A stretch of 63,629 bases of DNA, counting the filler, from Ionaspis alba (Eukaryota): assembly GCA_964255285.1 (NCBI GenBank). It is 2 parts of 2 records of this genome, joined end to end, with 100 filler letters (N's around TTAATTAATTAA, not from the genome) between each part and the next. Parts side by side here need not be neighbours in the genome. Positions count along the whole stretch, not along the records: positions 1 to 31,772 come from CAXUUL010000106.1; positions 31,873 to 63,629 come from CAXUUL010000107.1. One strand, given 5' to 3'. Every line of letters begins with the position of its first letter. Position 1 is the stretch's first letter. The notes beneath the pieces were generated by a model. That model was not told the origin of the DNA. It worked only from the letters and a program-made list of their open reading frames with translations, and searched no databases. Below, one piece after another: positions 26,535 through 37,724 of this stretch. The position numbers and the translations under genes are program-made.

Positions 26535-28148
26535 TTAGAGCTCAATAGCATACCTCTTCCGCACCCTCTCACCAAAATAATAGAACAAGACTGGACTAGG
26601 AGACAAAGCGAGGTTCAAGAACGCAAAAACCGAAATGCCCCAGCCATATCCCAGCTTCTCGAACAGCGTCGGCGCACCAAGTGGCACCACGCCTCCGATC
26701 AAGCTACGGAAGACAGCTCCGGCTGCGATGGCAGACGCGGCATACTGCTCGAAAGAATCAATGTAGTAGTTCTGTACCGTGTTGAAAATAAGGATTTGAC
26801 CCAGGCCATAGAAGACCATGCTTAGGATAGTAGGAAACCAGTGTACATGAAATTGTACAGTCCAAGCGAACCAAAAGAGGGAGAGAGGCACAATGACGGC
26901 GCCGATGTTGGCAAGCGGGAGGCGAAACTCCGGTTTGGCGACGCCGTTATTGCGCGCCGTCAGCTTGTTGTACACGGTGTCGATTTTCGGGACCAGGAAC
27001 CAGACAGCTATGAAAAACCCCAGACCGGGACCAAGGTACAGGAGGCCGACCATTGTGGTTGAGTAGCCGTAACCTATACCCCAGATGTCTTGGAAATTGG
27101 TATAGATGGAATATGTCGTGCCGAACAGGACAGCCTGGTAAGCTGCCATCGTCAAAACAATAGGCTGCGTGAATAGAATGCGTATGGGTCGCTGCATGGA
27201 GATCCATAGCTTAGTCTTCAGTGGCCGATCGTCTTCACCAGCAAAACGATACTTCTGCGAATCGGGAGTGTCATCTTCGTAGTGTGCTTTTCGTGCGGCA
27301 AGGATGGTTGGTCCGTAGGATTCCTGTAGAAAGAGAAAGCCCAAGACTGTGTTGGTGGTGCAGACTATTGTTAGGATCCAGAAAATCCAGCGCCAGTCTA
27401 GGGTCTGCACGATGATGCCGCCGAAGAGAGGACCGAGTGTGGGACCTAGTAGAGGGCCCAGCAGATACCAGCCGTAGACTGCAGCACGCTGGTCGGGTGG
27501 GAACATGTCGCTGATTGTGCCTCCACCATTGGCTATACCAACACCTAGAGAGTCGTTAATTGAGGACCGTGAAGGACTCCAGGGATTACGTACTGCCGAA
27601 GAACCCGGATATCGTCCGTACAGCAATGAGGGTCTCCACATTGGGACTAAGCGCTGTAGGAACCTGCAGAAGAGAAAAGACAGCAAAACAGACGAGGTAC
27701 AGCTTTCGCCTCCCGAAAGTCTCTGATAGTGGCGCGAGAATCAAAGGACCAACGCCAAGGAAAACCACAAAGCCAGTCGTAGCACCGACCACTGCATTTG
27801 GTGTCGAGTCCAGACAGTCTGCTATTTGTTGGATACCAGGCGTAAACATGGAGCTTGCCAGTGGACTGAGAACTAAAGCGGCCCATTGTATGAGCAACGA
27901 ATCGCGATAATTGTGCTGTTAGTCGACTTACGGGACATCAAAGCTATAACCGCTATATTGCTTAGCTTCCTCGACCTCGTCCAATTCCTTGGATTCTCTG
28001 GGTCATTGTCCTCAAAGTCGAGCAACTACTCGACAATATCAGACCCGGTAGATTATTCATATCTAGTGGCAGAACACACTTTCCTCGGCTCGTCACTACG
28101 AGACCGCGGCTGCAATAAGGGCGAGCGTTCATTCGATCCATCCGTCAT
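26535..28148 (-). CDS. MFS drug:H+ antiporter (DHA1-like), 3 introns
   Basis: DPENPRNW, APLSETFGRRKLY, GGTISDMF, GPLLGPTLGPLFGG, KPEFRLP, AASAIAA; start abuts an N gap so may be further upstream. Confidence 0.9.
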
Positions 28149-29579
28149 CNNNNNNNNNNNNNNNNNNNNNNNNNNNNNNNNNNNNNNNNNNNNNNNNNNN
28201 NNNNNNNNNNNNNNNNNNNNNNNNNNNNNNNNNNNNNNNNNNNNNNNNNATTCCATTCAAAGCAATGATCCAAAGCCGATGGAAGCAGGGATCGAGTTGG
28301 GAAGCATCAATCAAGGATAAAGGACATAAGACATATAACTTGTTACCGCGATAGCATATTTTCTAAAGTGGACGCCAACTGCGACTGTCCACTTATGATC
28401 CCGAGCACAGGGTTTTGATCTGGTCTCTTGGAGAACAATCCGCTCTCTATCATTTGAATAGCTGTTTCAAGGTAGTCCAAAACCACAGATCAAGTACAGG
28501 CTGTATGTCAAAGATCTAAGCACTCGATGGAATATAGCTTGCCGATTGCCTTGGCACACTGATCGAAGCGAGGGCTGAAAATAGCAGGGCGCTTACTGGA
28601 GCCCGTAGTGGTCTTAGCAGGGCTTTCCGTTCCACTCATCGACGACCTTGTAGGCTTAGTGCCGGGCAGTTGAGCGGGCGGAGCCATTCGCGGGATTCAG
28701 CCATCTGGATCACTCTATTAAAAACCAACAGCTTGGCAAACACAACGTCGAACATAACTGGCTGACGGACAACGGATTTGAATCATTTCCTTCCTAGCAG
28801 AAGCAACGTTGACGAGAAACAACTGCAGCTGTGCCATTTTCCTCCGACATGAAACAGGATACTCGATCACTCGTATGTGCATATCCGAGTTGCACAGATA
28901 TCGAAGATTGAAGAGAAGGGTGTCTGGTGAGAGACGGGATGGAGCAGAACCAAAAATACATCGATGCTTAATGTTAAGGGGAACAGACTTTAGAACACAC
29001 GGATACACTATTCGAAAGCATCCGTGGGACTCCACGTTTACCCATGTGTTTACTGTTAGGCATGGGAGTCTACGTCTACTTCGCAATGCTCGGATGTCCG
29101 TCAAGCGCTGCAAGAATTAGGATATGCGTGCCAAAAGCCTCCAGCAATGAAGACCTAATCCCTAGAAGTCGTAATTAGGGACAAATCCTAGGGCGGGATG
29201 ATATTTAGCCGTGCTTTTTTTTGCATGCCCACGTTTTACCCCTTCCTCCCCTCCTCACCCTATACTCCCTTCTCCGCTCTCCGAACGGCCCCGACCTTTC
29301 TGTCACACAGGCCATTTACTGTTACGTTCTCTACGAGCTTTCCTTCCTCAACAGATCATTCGCAGCATCATGTCGGACTAGGTGTTACCATGATCAGCTC
29401 CATTGCGCCAATTTCTCACTCTTCATTCCGGCACGATCCACTCCGCAGGCTCGCCTCTGGCTGACGGCTTTCGCGCTAGCATCTCACCTGGGATTACCTC
29501 CCCCATACTCCGACTCACAGATTTTCAACATACCATCTGTGGACTCGATCGTTTCCTGGGCGCCTTGCAACATGCGATC

Positions 29580-31772
29580 ATGTGTATATCTAGTATAGAC
29601 AGAGCGACGGCCAATCGTCCTTGGGCCTCGATATTCTTTCTTCTCTTTATTTCCCATGGCTGGGTCTCTCTTGCTGAGACTATTATACCCGCGCCCATTG
29701 TGGTGCCCGCAAGTCAATATTTGTAAGTCTCCACCGTGCACGGTTCATCCAAGGCAGCTAGCTGATGTTGATTGCTGTGCAGCGAAGGCAATGACGGGCC
29801 ATGGTCGTCTTTTACACTTCGGATAGGAGAACCTCCACAGCTCGCTCGTGTCTTTGCATCCACCGCGAGTCCTGACATCTGGACTGTCCTGAATTCTGCC
29901 TGCCCGAGCACGACCTCGACTTCCTGCAATGACACTAGAGGAGGTACCTTCAACAATGCCAGTTCTACGACGTGGAAAGACCGGGGCATCTACGATTTGG
30001 GTCTCGAGTATAACCTCAACTATTCGGGCAACGCCGAGTATGGATTGGATACTGTTGGACTTGGCCTGAACGAAGCCGCCGGGCCTACACTTGACAATCA
30101 GGTCGTCGCCGCATTTGTTACTGAATCATTCCAGCTTGGACTTTTGGGTTTGAACGTTCAGCCGACGAATTTCAGCACGTTCAACGATCCTATACCGAGT
30201 TTCTTCACAACATTGAAAACTAAGAATCTGATTCCGAGCTTGAGTTGGGCATACACTGCAGGGAACGATTACAGTAAGATGAGCTTCTTGCCAGAAGCTG
30301 GATTGACATGTGCTGATGATGGCTAGGTCTCAAAAAAGTTCTAGGAAGTCTTGTCTTCGGAGGCTACGATGCATCACGTTTCATACCCAATTCTATAAGC
30401 TTTCCTTTCGCGCCTGATTCACAACGAGACCTTGTGGTGGCAATTCAATCAATTTACTCAACGGAACAGAACGGCAAGACGACATACCTCCTCTCATCTG
30501 GCATCCTAGCATTTGTCGACTCGACTATTCCATATATTTACTTACCAGTAGACGCATGCAAGCAATTCGAAAATACATTCGGTTTAACCTATGATGATCA
30601 GAGCCAGCTATACTTGATAAGCGATGCTCAGCACAATGGGTTGCTATCACGCAACGCCAGTGTCACCTTCACCCTCGGCAACTCACTGAATGGAGGCGAC
30701 ACCGTCTCCATCGTCCTCCCATACGCCGCATTCGACCGAACAGCAAAATCACCCCTCGTCAACGGATCCAGCAGATATTTCCCACTAAAGCGCGGCCACA
30801 ACGACACTGAATACACCCTCGGCCGGACCTTCCTCCAAGAAGCTTACTTGATTGCCGACTACGAACGCAGCAACTTCTCCATCTCCCAATGCATCTTCAC
30901 CGACGGCGCCAAACCCGACATCCAAGTAATCCACGACCTGAACTACGTCGCCCCGCCCTCCAACTCCAGCACCAACCCAGACGGCACTCCCATCAACAAA
31001 TCCAGCTCCAGCTCTCTCTCCACCGGCGCCATAGCCGCCATCGTCGTCGTCGCCATCCTCCTCCTCCTCCTAGCAATCCTCCTCTACCTCGCCCGCCGCT
31101 TCCGCAAATGGCCCTTCCACAAGCGCATCCCCACTCCCAAGGGCGCCGAACTCGACGGCGACGCCGTCGGCCACGAAGCAGATAGCCAAATGATGCAAAC
31201 CAAGTTCCCGCTCGGCGCCCACGAAGCAGACAGCAAGTCCGCCTTCGACGCCGAGCTCGAAGCCGAGCGCCTTGCCACTAAGAACGAGTTGCCTGGTCCG
31301 CCGATACCGGGCCATGCGCTGCATAGCTCGCATCGAGAGCTCCATGGCAGTGAGGCGGCGAATGAGGTCGAGGGGAGTGGCGTTTATGCGGAGTTGGTGG
31401 GGAGTTCGGTCCCCGATGGGTATTATGGTAATTCGCGCGCTGCGATGTCGAGGGAGGATTCGCAGACGACGACGCGGAGTACGAGCTTGCGGGATGAGCC
31501 TGTCAAACGAGGCAGTGCGGCGGGAGTCAGGTCGCCGCTGAGTGCGGGGACCAATTCCCCTGTTTCGGCTGCTACGCCGGTCAGTAGGGATGCGAGTCGG
31601 GTGAGGGGTGGGACGGTGACGACGAGTCCATTGAGTGAAGGTGGACGGGGCAGTGGAGGTGAAACGTTTCTTTTGAGCCCGATTAGTCCGGGGAGTGATT
31701 CTAGGGAGGCCTCCAGGACGAGACAGTTCTCGGGGAGTAGACATGATGGCAGGGGGGTGAGTCCTGTTGCGG
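29580..31772 (+). CDS. Single-pass membrane aspartic-protease-fold protein, probably non-catalytic (3' end cut by contig linker)
   Basis: Signal-like N-terminus, EGNDGPWSSF, RVFASTA in place of DTG, GSLVFGGYD, AFVDST, TLGRTFLQEAY; TM GAIAAIVVVAILLLLLAILLYLA followed by RRFRK. Confidence 0.88.
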
Positions 31773-31872
31773 NNNNNNNNNNNNNNNNNNNNNNNNNNNN
31801 NNNNNNNNNNNNNNNNTTAATTAATTAANNNNNNNNNNNNNNNNNNNNNNNNNNNNNNNNNNNNNNNNNNNN
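31773..31872. other. Artificial contig-joining linker (44 N + TTAATTAATTAA + 44 N)
   Basis: Six-frame stop 12-mer centred in 100 positions; both flanking ORFs end in it. Confidence 0.93.
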
Positions 31873-32326
31873 CCCTTCCTCCACCCTCACCTCCCCTCTC
31901 CTTCCCACTTTTCCATCCCCTAACAACCTCCCCAGCAGCTCGCCTCAAGTCACCTCTGCGCAATCCTCGAAAAACACCCGCTCGTTCCACACGCTCAACA
32001 CTCTTCCCCTCAACCACCCTTAACGACTCCAGAAACTCAAGCTCCTGTGCCACGGTAACTCTTGCTGCGGCCACAGGTCTGTAAGCAGAGATATGGGCCT
32101 TGTAGTCTGCGATGTAGGCGGCTGTGAGCTGGGAGAAAGGAGGACGTTGAGGAAGTGGAGGACGTGGGGAGTGAGTTGGGCATGGGAACGGGAAGGAGGA
32201 AGAGAGGGAAGGGGATAAAGAGGTGAAGGGAAGGTGGTAAGGGATGGAAGCGAGAATGGAGATGGTATCGTGGATTGTGAGGGTGGAGTCGAAGTCGAGG
32301 AGGAGGTGGGTGATGCGGGGTGGCAT
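31873..32326 (-). CDS. HAD-superfamily protein (Cto1/YCR015C-like), 3' partial
   Basis: LLLDFDSTLTIHDTI (DxDxT motif I), FLESLRVVEGKSVERV; truncated at the linker. Confidence 0.75.
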
Positions 32327-32728
32327 TTTTTCAGAGGAGAAGGCTGTGGAAAGAGTGGGAAGAACACTAAAGGTGCAACGATCTGATGGATATCACTTGA
32401 ACATGGAGAACAGCGTAGATGAAGTCGATTTAGATACTATTGTATATTGTAGTATAGATGGTATCAACATGATATGCAGAAAAGAGCACTGGGATATACA
32501 CAATCCTCCCCATGACACCTTATCTCTTCGTAGCACACTAGAACAGACCGTTATCGCCATCTGAATATTCCGCCATAACAACCGAAACGCTGCTGTAAAT
32601 GCATCGCGAAAGCCCCATCCAAAAAGGCCCAGCCAGTCTATATAGCATTTCCGCCCACCCCACTCCAACAATGCAACCCAAATCATTAACCGCCCTCCAA
32701 ACTCCCAATTGCAATCAAAAACCCCCCA

Positions 32729-34619
32729 TCAACAAAGAAACTTATACCACTTCTTCCACCTCGGCCAAGCCGCCTGCTCCGCCCTCTCCTCCGCCAACAA
32801 CTCGGCAAGATTCAACTCCCTCATCCCCGTCTGCAAATCCATCTCACTCGTCCTCGCAATCTTCGTCTTCTTCCAAATCTTATAGGGGACATAGAACGCT
32901 AGAATAATCGGCGCAGTGAGATAGGCCTCGAAGAAATTCATCGTGTTCTCGGTCGGAGTATTCTTCTCCCAGTCCACGGGTGCAAAGCCTGTCCAGAACT
33001 GGGCCGCGAGCACCAGCACGTTGAAGCCGAAGCCGATCCAGGAGCCGATGACACCGGGTTGGGAGCGGAAAGCCAGTTCGTCGAGGGTGCGGCCCTGGAG
33101 TTTCCAGGCTTTGCGGAAGCGGATGTGAGAGAGGCAGATGGAGCCCCAGGTGAAGATGGAGCTGAGACCGCTGAGGGCGAGCATCCAGGTGAAAGCGTCG
33201 TCCTGCCTGGGAGAAGCGGCGAGGTAGGCGAGCAGACCGAGACTGGAAGCGAAGAGGATGGCGACGAGTGGGCGGCCACGCTTATCGACGTAGGCGAGGA
33301 TCTTGGGGGCTTGGTTTTGCTCGGCGAGAGCGGCGAGGGTGCGGGAGGAGCCGTAGATGGAGGAGTTGCCGACGGAGAGGACGGCGATCATGATGACGAC
33401 GTTCATGATGGAGTCGAGGCCTTTGATGCCGGCGTTGGAGATGGCGATGACGAAGGGGGAGGCGTGCGCGTCGGTTGCGTGGGCGCCGATTAGGCGCTTG
33501 TCGCTGTAGGGCACCAGGAGGCCGATGAGGACCAGGGAGACGATGTAGAAGAGGCAGATTCGCCAGAAGACTTGCTTCACGGCTGTGGGGAGGGATTTGC
33601 GCGGGTTGACGGTCTCGGCTGCGGCGAGCCCCACGAGTTCGGTTCCGCTGAAGGCGAAGGCCGCGGTGACGAAGACGGAACAGAGGCCTTTGAAGCCGTT
33701 GTTGAAGGCGCCGGGGTCGAACCAGTACTTGCCGCCGATGTAGCTGCCGTTGGGGCCGCCTCCGATGTCGAGGATGACTCCGAGGATGCTATTTAGAATT
33801 GTCAGTATTCGCTATCAACAGCATAATCGGAAAGATGACTCACATGAAGCCAATGACCGCAATGACCTTAATAATGGCAAAGATAAACTCCGCCTCTGCA
33901 TATCCCTTGACACCAAACAAATTGATAGACACAATGACCGTCAAGAAGATTGTTACCCAAACCGCGTTCGAAACCGGCGAGCCCCAATAATCAATCGTGA
34001 TCGAGGCAGCCACAATCTCCAAAGGAAGAACAACAAGCCACTGCAAGGCATAATTCCAGCCCATTGCAAAACCCCAGGCCGGATCCAGGAACCGCGTCGA
34101 ATACGCGGAGAAAGACCCCGCCACAGGAAACGCAACAGCCATCTCCCCCAAAGCATGTACGGTACAATACAGCATGACACCGACGAGCGAAAACGCGATA
34201 AGGAGAGCAGCCGGGCCTCCATTCGACAAGGCCTTTCCGGACCCGACAAACAATCCCGTGCCTAAAAAGCCACACCAAACATCAGCATATCCACTCGCCC
34301 GAGCTCTCCTGCGCTGCACCGTACCTATCGATCCTCCGATGGCAATCATCTGCAGATGCCTCCCCTTTAACTTCCTCGACAGCCCCGTATCCGCCGTCGC
34401 CTGGTTCGCCGCCTCCACGTCGAACACCTTCCCATCGGCGCCAACGACACCCTTGCCTGTGATCAGACGCGCAGGGTCTCGCCGGAAGCCGTCCATGGTC
34501 CTCTCGAAGAAATTGCCCTTCGGGCTCTCCTCCTCGGCCTTCAAGTTCCAGGAGGACTCGAGGCGGGGGAAGGAGGCGCTTCGAGAGGAGCCGCGGGAGG
34601 AGGTGCGGCCTTTCTCCAT
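32729..34619 (-). CDS. GAP1: General amino-acid permease (APC/YAT family), 2 introns
   Basis: [60 protein letters not shown], C-terminal FLC. Orthology to GAP1 versus a paralogue is not proven. Confidence 0.9.
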
Positions 34620-34722
34620 TTTTGTAGAATATATATGTGCGTGTGGTTTTGAGATTGTGGGGAGTAGATTGGGTCGGTATATGTCCCGGTAGGTGTCAAG
34701 CTGTAGAGGATGGATAGCGGTA

Positions 34723-35488
34723 CGATAGATATGTATATACAAATGTCTTGCTCCAATCAAATTGGCCCGTAATAGTCCACGAGAGGTTTGAGAATTCGGC
34801 TTCGAAAATCCAGCCTATCCGTGGTCCAGAAGCAGCACAATGGAGACGAGAAGGCAGGATGGCAAGAGGAAGGGCGCGCCCTGTATTTATCCTCGAATCT
34901 CGTACCCCATCCGAGCAGAGCTTCCGCGATCGCAAAGTAGTGGAGCCTCTCCGTCCCTCGTTATCTCTCACGGCTTACACCCAAATCTTGGACTATCGCA
35001 GTGAGTGGGGCGAAGATTCTCCCCTATCCATGGTGCAGACGTCAAAAGAAGCAGTCTCGCGGACTCAGAACCATGGTACCTTTCCAGAACTTCAAAATCG
35101 TGCGATGGGGAGTTGTCGCAGTGGCATGAGTTGGAGAGTCGGGCGGACTTGTGTTGGAAGTACATTGTTGTATCAGCCCCGGGCCTGATAACAAGGTCTC
35201 CTTCCTCGGTTCTTTTTCCGGTCAAGGATGACTGTGCCACGTAGATCCCGCTCTGGCCAATCCTCCGATAAGTGTCACACATCCAAAGTTCCGGATCTAC
35301 CCTGGGAAATACTCGTGCTTGGTTGATTAGGGCGGCTTGGTCGATATCATGTTTCGAGGGTCTTGTGGTGAAGAATACGTATTGTGGAATGCACGACTGT
35401 GGTTGTTGCGCATGATAGGCGCATATCCTACAAGTGCGGTACCATGGAGCTTGAATTGGGGGACCTCTTGATAGAGTGATCCTTATCG
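34723..35488. promoter_or_regulatory. Cluster of HGATAR (GATA) sites upstream of the amino-acid permease
   Basis: Sites at 34723, 34961, 34993, 35186, 35266, 35413, 35469 and 35483. Confidence 0.4.
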
Positions 35489-36206
35489 TCACTAGGACGC
35501 CATTTGAGAGATGTGGAGCCCCTACAAAATCCTTTCATTGAGTGAAAGCGAGGTTATGCGGCGTTTCAGCTTCACTTCTATCTTTCAAGTCAAGGAATGC
35601 ATAAAGGTATAATCACGGAATCAACCAGCTAGCACTCTCGTTCGGGTCAATGACTATGTTCTTTCGATGTCCATACCTACGTCGTCGACTCCACAGGACA
35701 TTTAGACTGGAACTCTCTGGTTTACCCCTACGTCGAGCTCATGTTTCTCTAGAGATACCCTCCTATTCTTTGCTGGATTGATCGGCACGTCGCGTCATAC
35801 TCCCCAAGCAGTACCTTAGAGTTTCTGTGACGGTGTCTTAGAGGGAACGTGAAGAACGGAGGGATTACCTCAATAGCGACCGCGACTACCTGGTGTTGGA
35901 TTCGAACAACAGAGTTGGCCGCCAGCATGAGTATCGTCTCGGAACCGAGAGCTGCTGCAATAAGTTGCGACCTTGGATGGATAATGCTTGAGAAGACCAA
36001 ACAAGACGAAGAGAGTGCAAACATAGTCGATGGACCAGCAATTAGTGGATTTATACATACTCGTTCCATTGACTATCGACAAGAGTGAAGACGACAATAT
36101 CCACAACCCAAGAGTTAATCGATAACGAAGGTATTACACCAATATCTCCAATCTGCTGCTGGTCTCTTTCCCCGACTGCAAGCCTCGCCACTTTATGTCC
36201 ATCGCC

Positions 36207-37015
36207 TTACAGAATAGCAAGAGCCGCAATAGCCATCCCCGCCGCCCCCACTCCATGGGATTTGTAGTTGGCAGCCGCAGCGCTAGAAACAGCAGCAGCA
36301 GATGCTGTTGTAGAGCCGGAGGATGGCATCGTTGTTGATCCTGTGGGAATATCTGTTAGTGGCTAGCTTCAGGAACGATGATCTAGAAATATGGATTGCT
36401 ACTCACCAGAGGCAGCCATAGCCGTCGTAGACCCAGTCATTGTTCCCGAAGTCATAGTCATAGTATTCGTCGCCGCTGCACCCGTAGCAGTGCTAGACGG
36501 AGACGTCGATGTCGGACCAGCAGAAGACGCACATGTCGCTTGTGTGGGGAGAGTGACACCGGCACTTTACGGAGGGAACAGTGTCAGCTACTGCGCAGAA
36601 ATGCATCCTGAAGGTTACGAGCAGGGGGGAACTAGAGAGCTTACATTTGACAGAGCGATTGCGCAAATTGAACAGTTGCTAAATACCGTCAGTGCAATCT
36701 TTCCCCGTGAACGAGAGTATGGCCGTCGCACAATCTTGGTCTGCCTTCGAGCACCCTTTAGAAACGCAGCAGGAGAGTCCTGCGATCCAGTCTTTGCTCT
36801 TGCATATACAGGCGAAATCAACAGTGTTGCAGCCCGTGGTGCCGAGGGAGTTGCCGACGCAGGCTCTCTGTTCCTACTATTAGCACGTTTCCGGCCAATC
36901 CCACGGTCACGGAGGATGAAGAAGCACGCACAGCGCATTCCGGCAGTTTGGATAGATCCTGGGAGGCTGAGAGCGCGGCGAAGCCGGCGAGGAGAGCAAT
37001 TATGAAAGACTTCAT
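36207..37015 (-). CDS. GPI-anchored CFEM-domain cell-surface protein, 4 introns
   Basis: Signal peptide; LPECA-RAC-GC-DFACIC-CCV-GC-FAQSLC Cys spacing; Ser/Thr stalk; hydrophobic C-terminus. Confidence 0.9.
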
Positions 37016-37724
37016 GATGAGGAGTGGGTGTAAGGGACGAGGTGGAATTGTAGATTATTCCTTGGAACGCTTATTATGTATGTAGACAGAGTCCCGGAGA
37101 CAAATCGACACCGACCACGAGGATGCCACCGACGAGGACGGCCGCGTCGTCGCAAAAGCCTCCGCCTCACGATTAATCAATGTAATTAAGGACAAGCTTC
37201 AAGTGCTAGTCGTCAGCAGCGCGGACCCTAAATCGGTTTAGGAACGATTTGACGATTCAAGATCGCCGAGTGTTTGAGCCCTGCAGATGAAGATGCGCAT
37301 GCGGGGAGGATGCTATTATGACACTATTGAGATACAACGAGAATTGACTTTGATACAAGGAGCCAACTCTCTCACTTTCGAGAAATGTAGAAACCGTTAG
37401 AATCGGTGACAAGGGTGTACTGTAGCACAGTAACGGCCCCGGGGGTGAAATCCTTCTGCCCGCTATGCCGCTTGAGGGCCCGAGGCTGAGGCGGATGTCG
37501 TTCCACCCCCTGTGCAACACGCCTTCAAATAATTATTGAACGTTAGACCGTAAACCGCTTCATGTACAGCAATGCTTAATATCTTAAACCTATCACCAAT
37601 ACTTACGGACTTAATAACGAGAAACTGTAGTTCTACTGCCATGGACCTTTGACCAGTATTCCTGTGTCGTTAAAGCATCTCGACATAGAACGATCCCTAT
37701 ACTATCAGAGCACAAGCCGCCACG

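Noticed and set aside
28560..28710. GC-rich intergenic stretch as a structured ncRNA or tRNA
   Set aside because: No tRNA A/B boxes or cloverleaf, and no snRNA, SRP or riboswitch signature could be identified by eye.
33059..34692. Long antisense ORFs over the permease (and similarly over HEM13, SERCA and the pseudo-protease)
   Set aside because: Shadow frames expected from GC-biased codon usage of the real gene.
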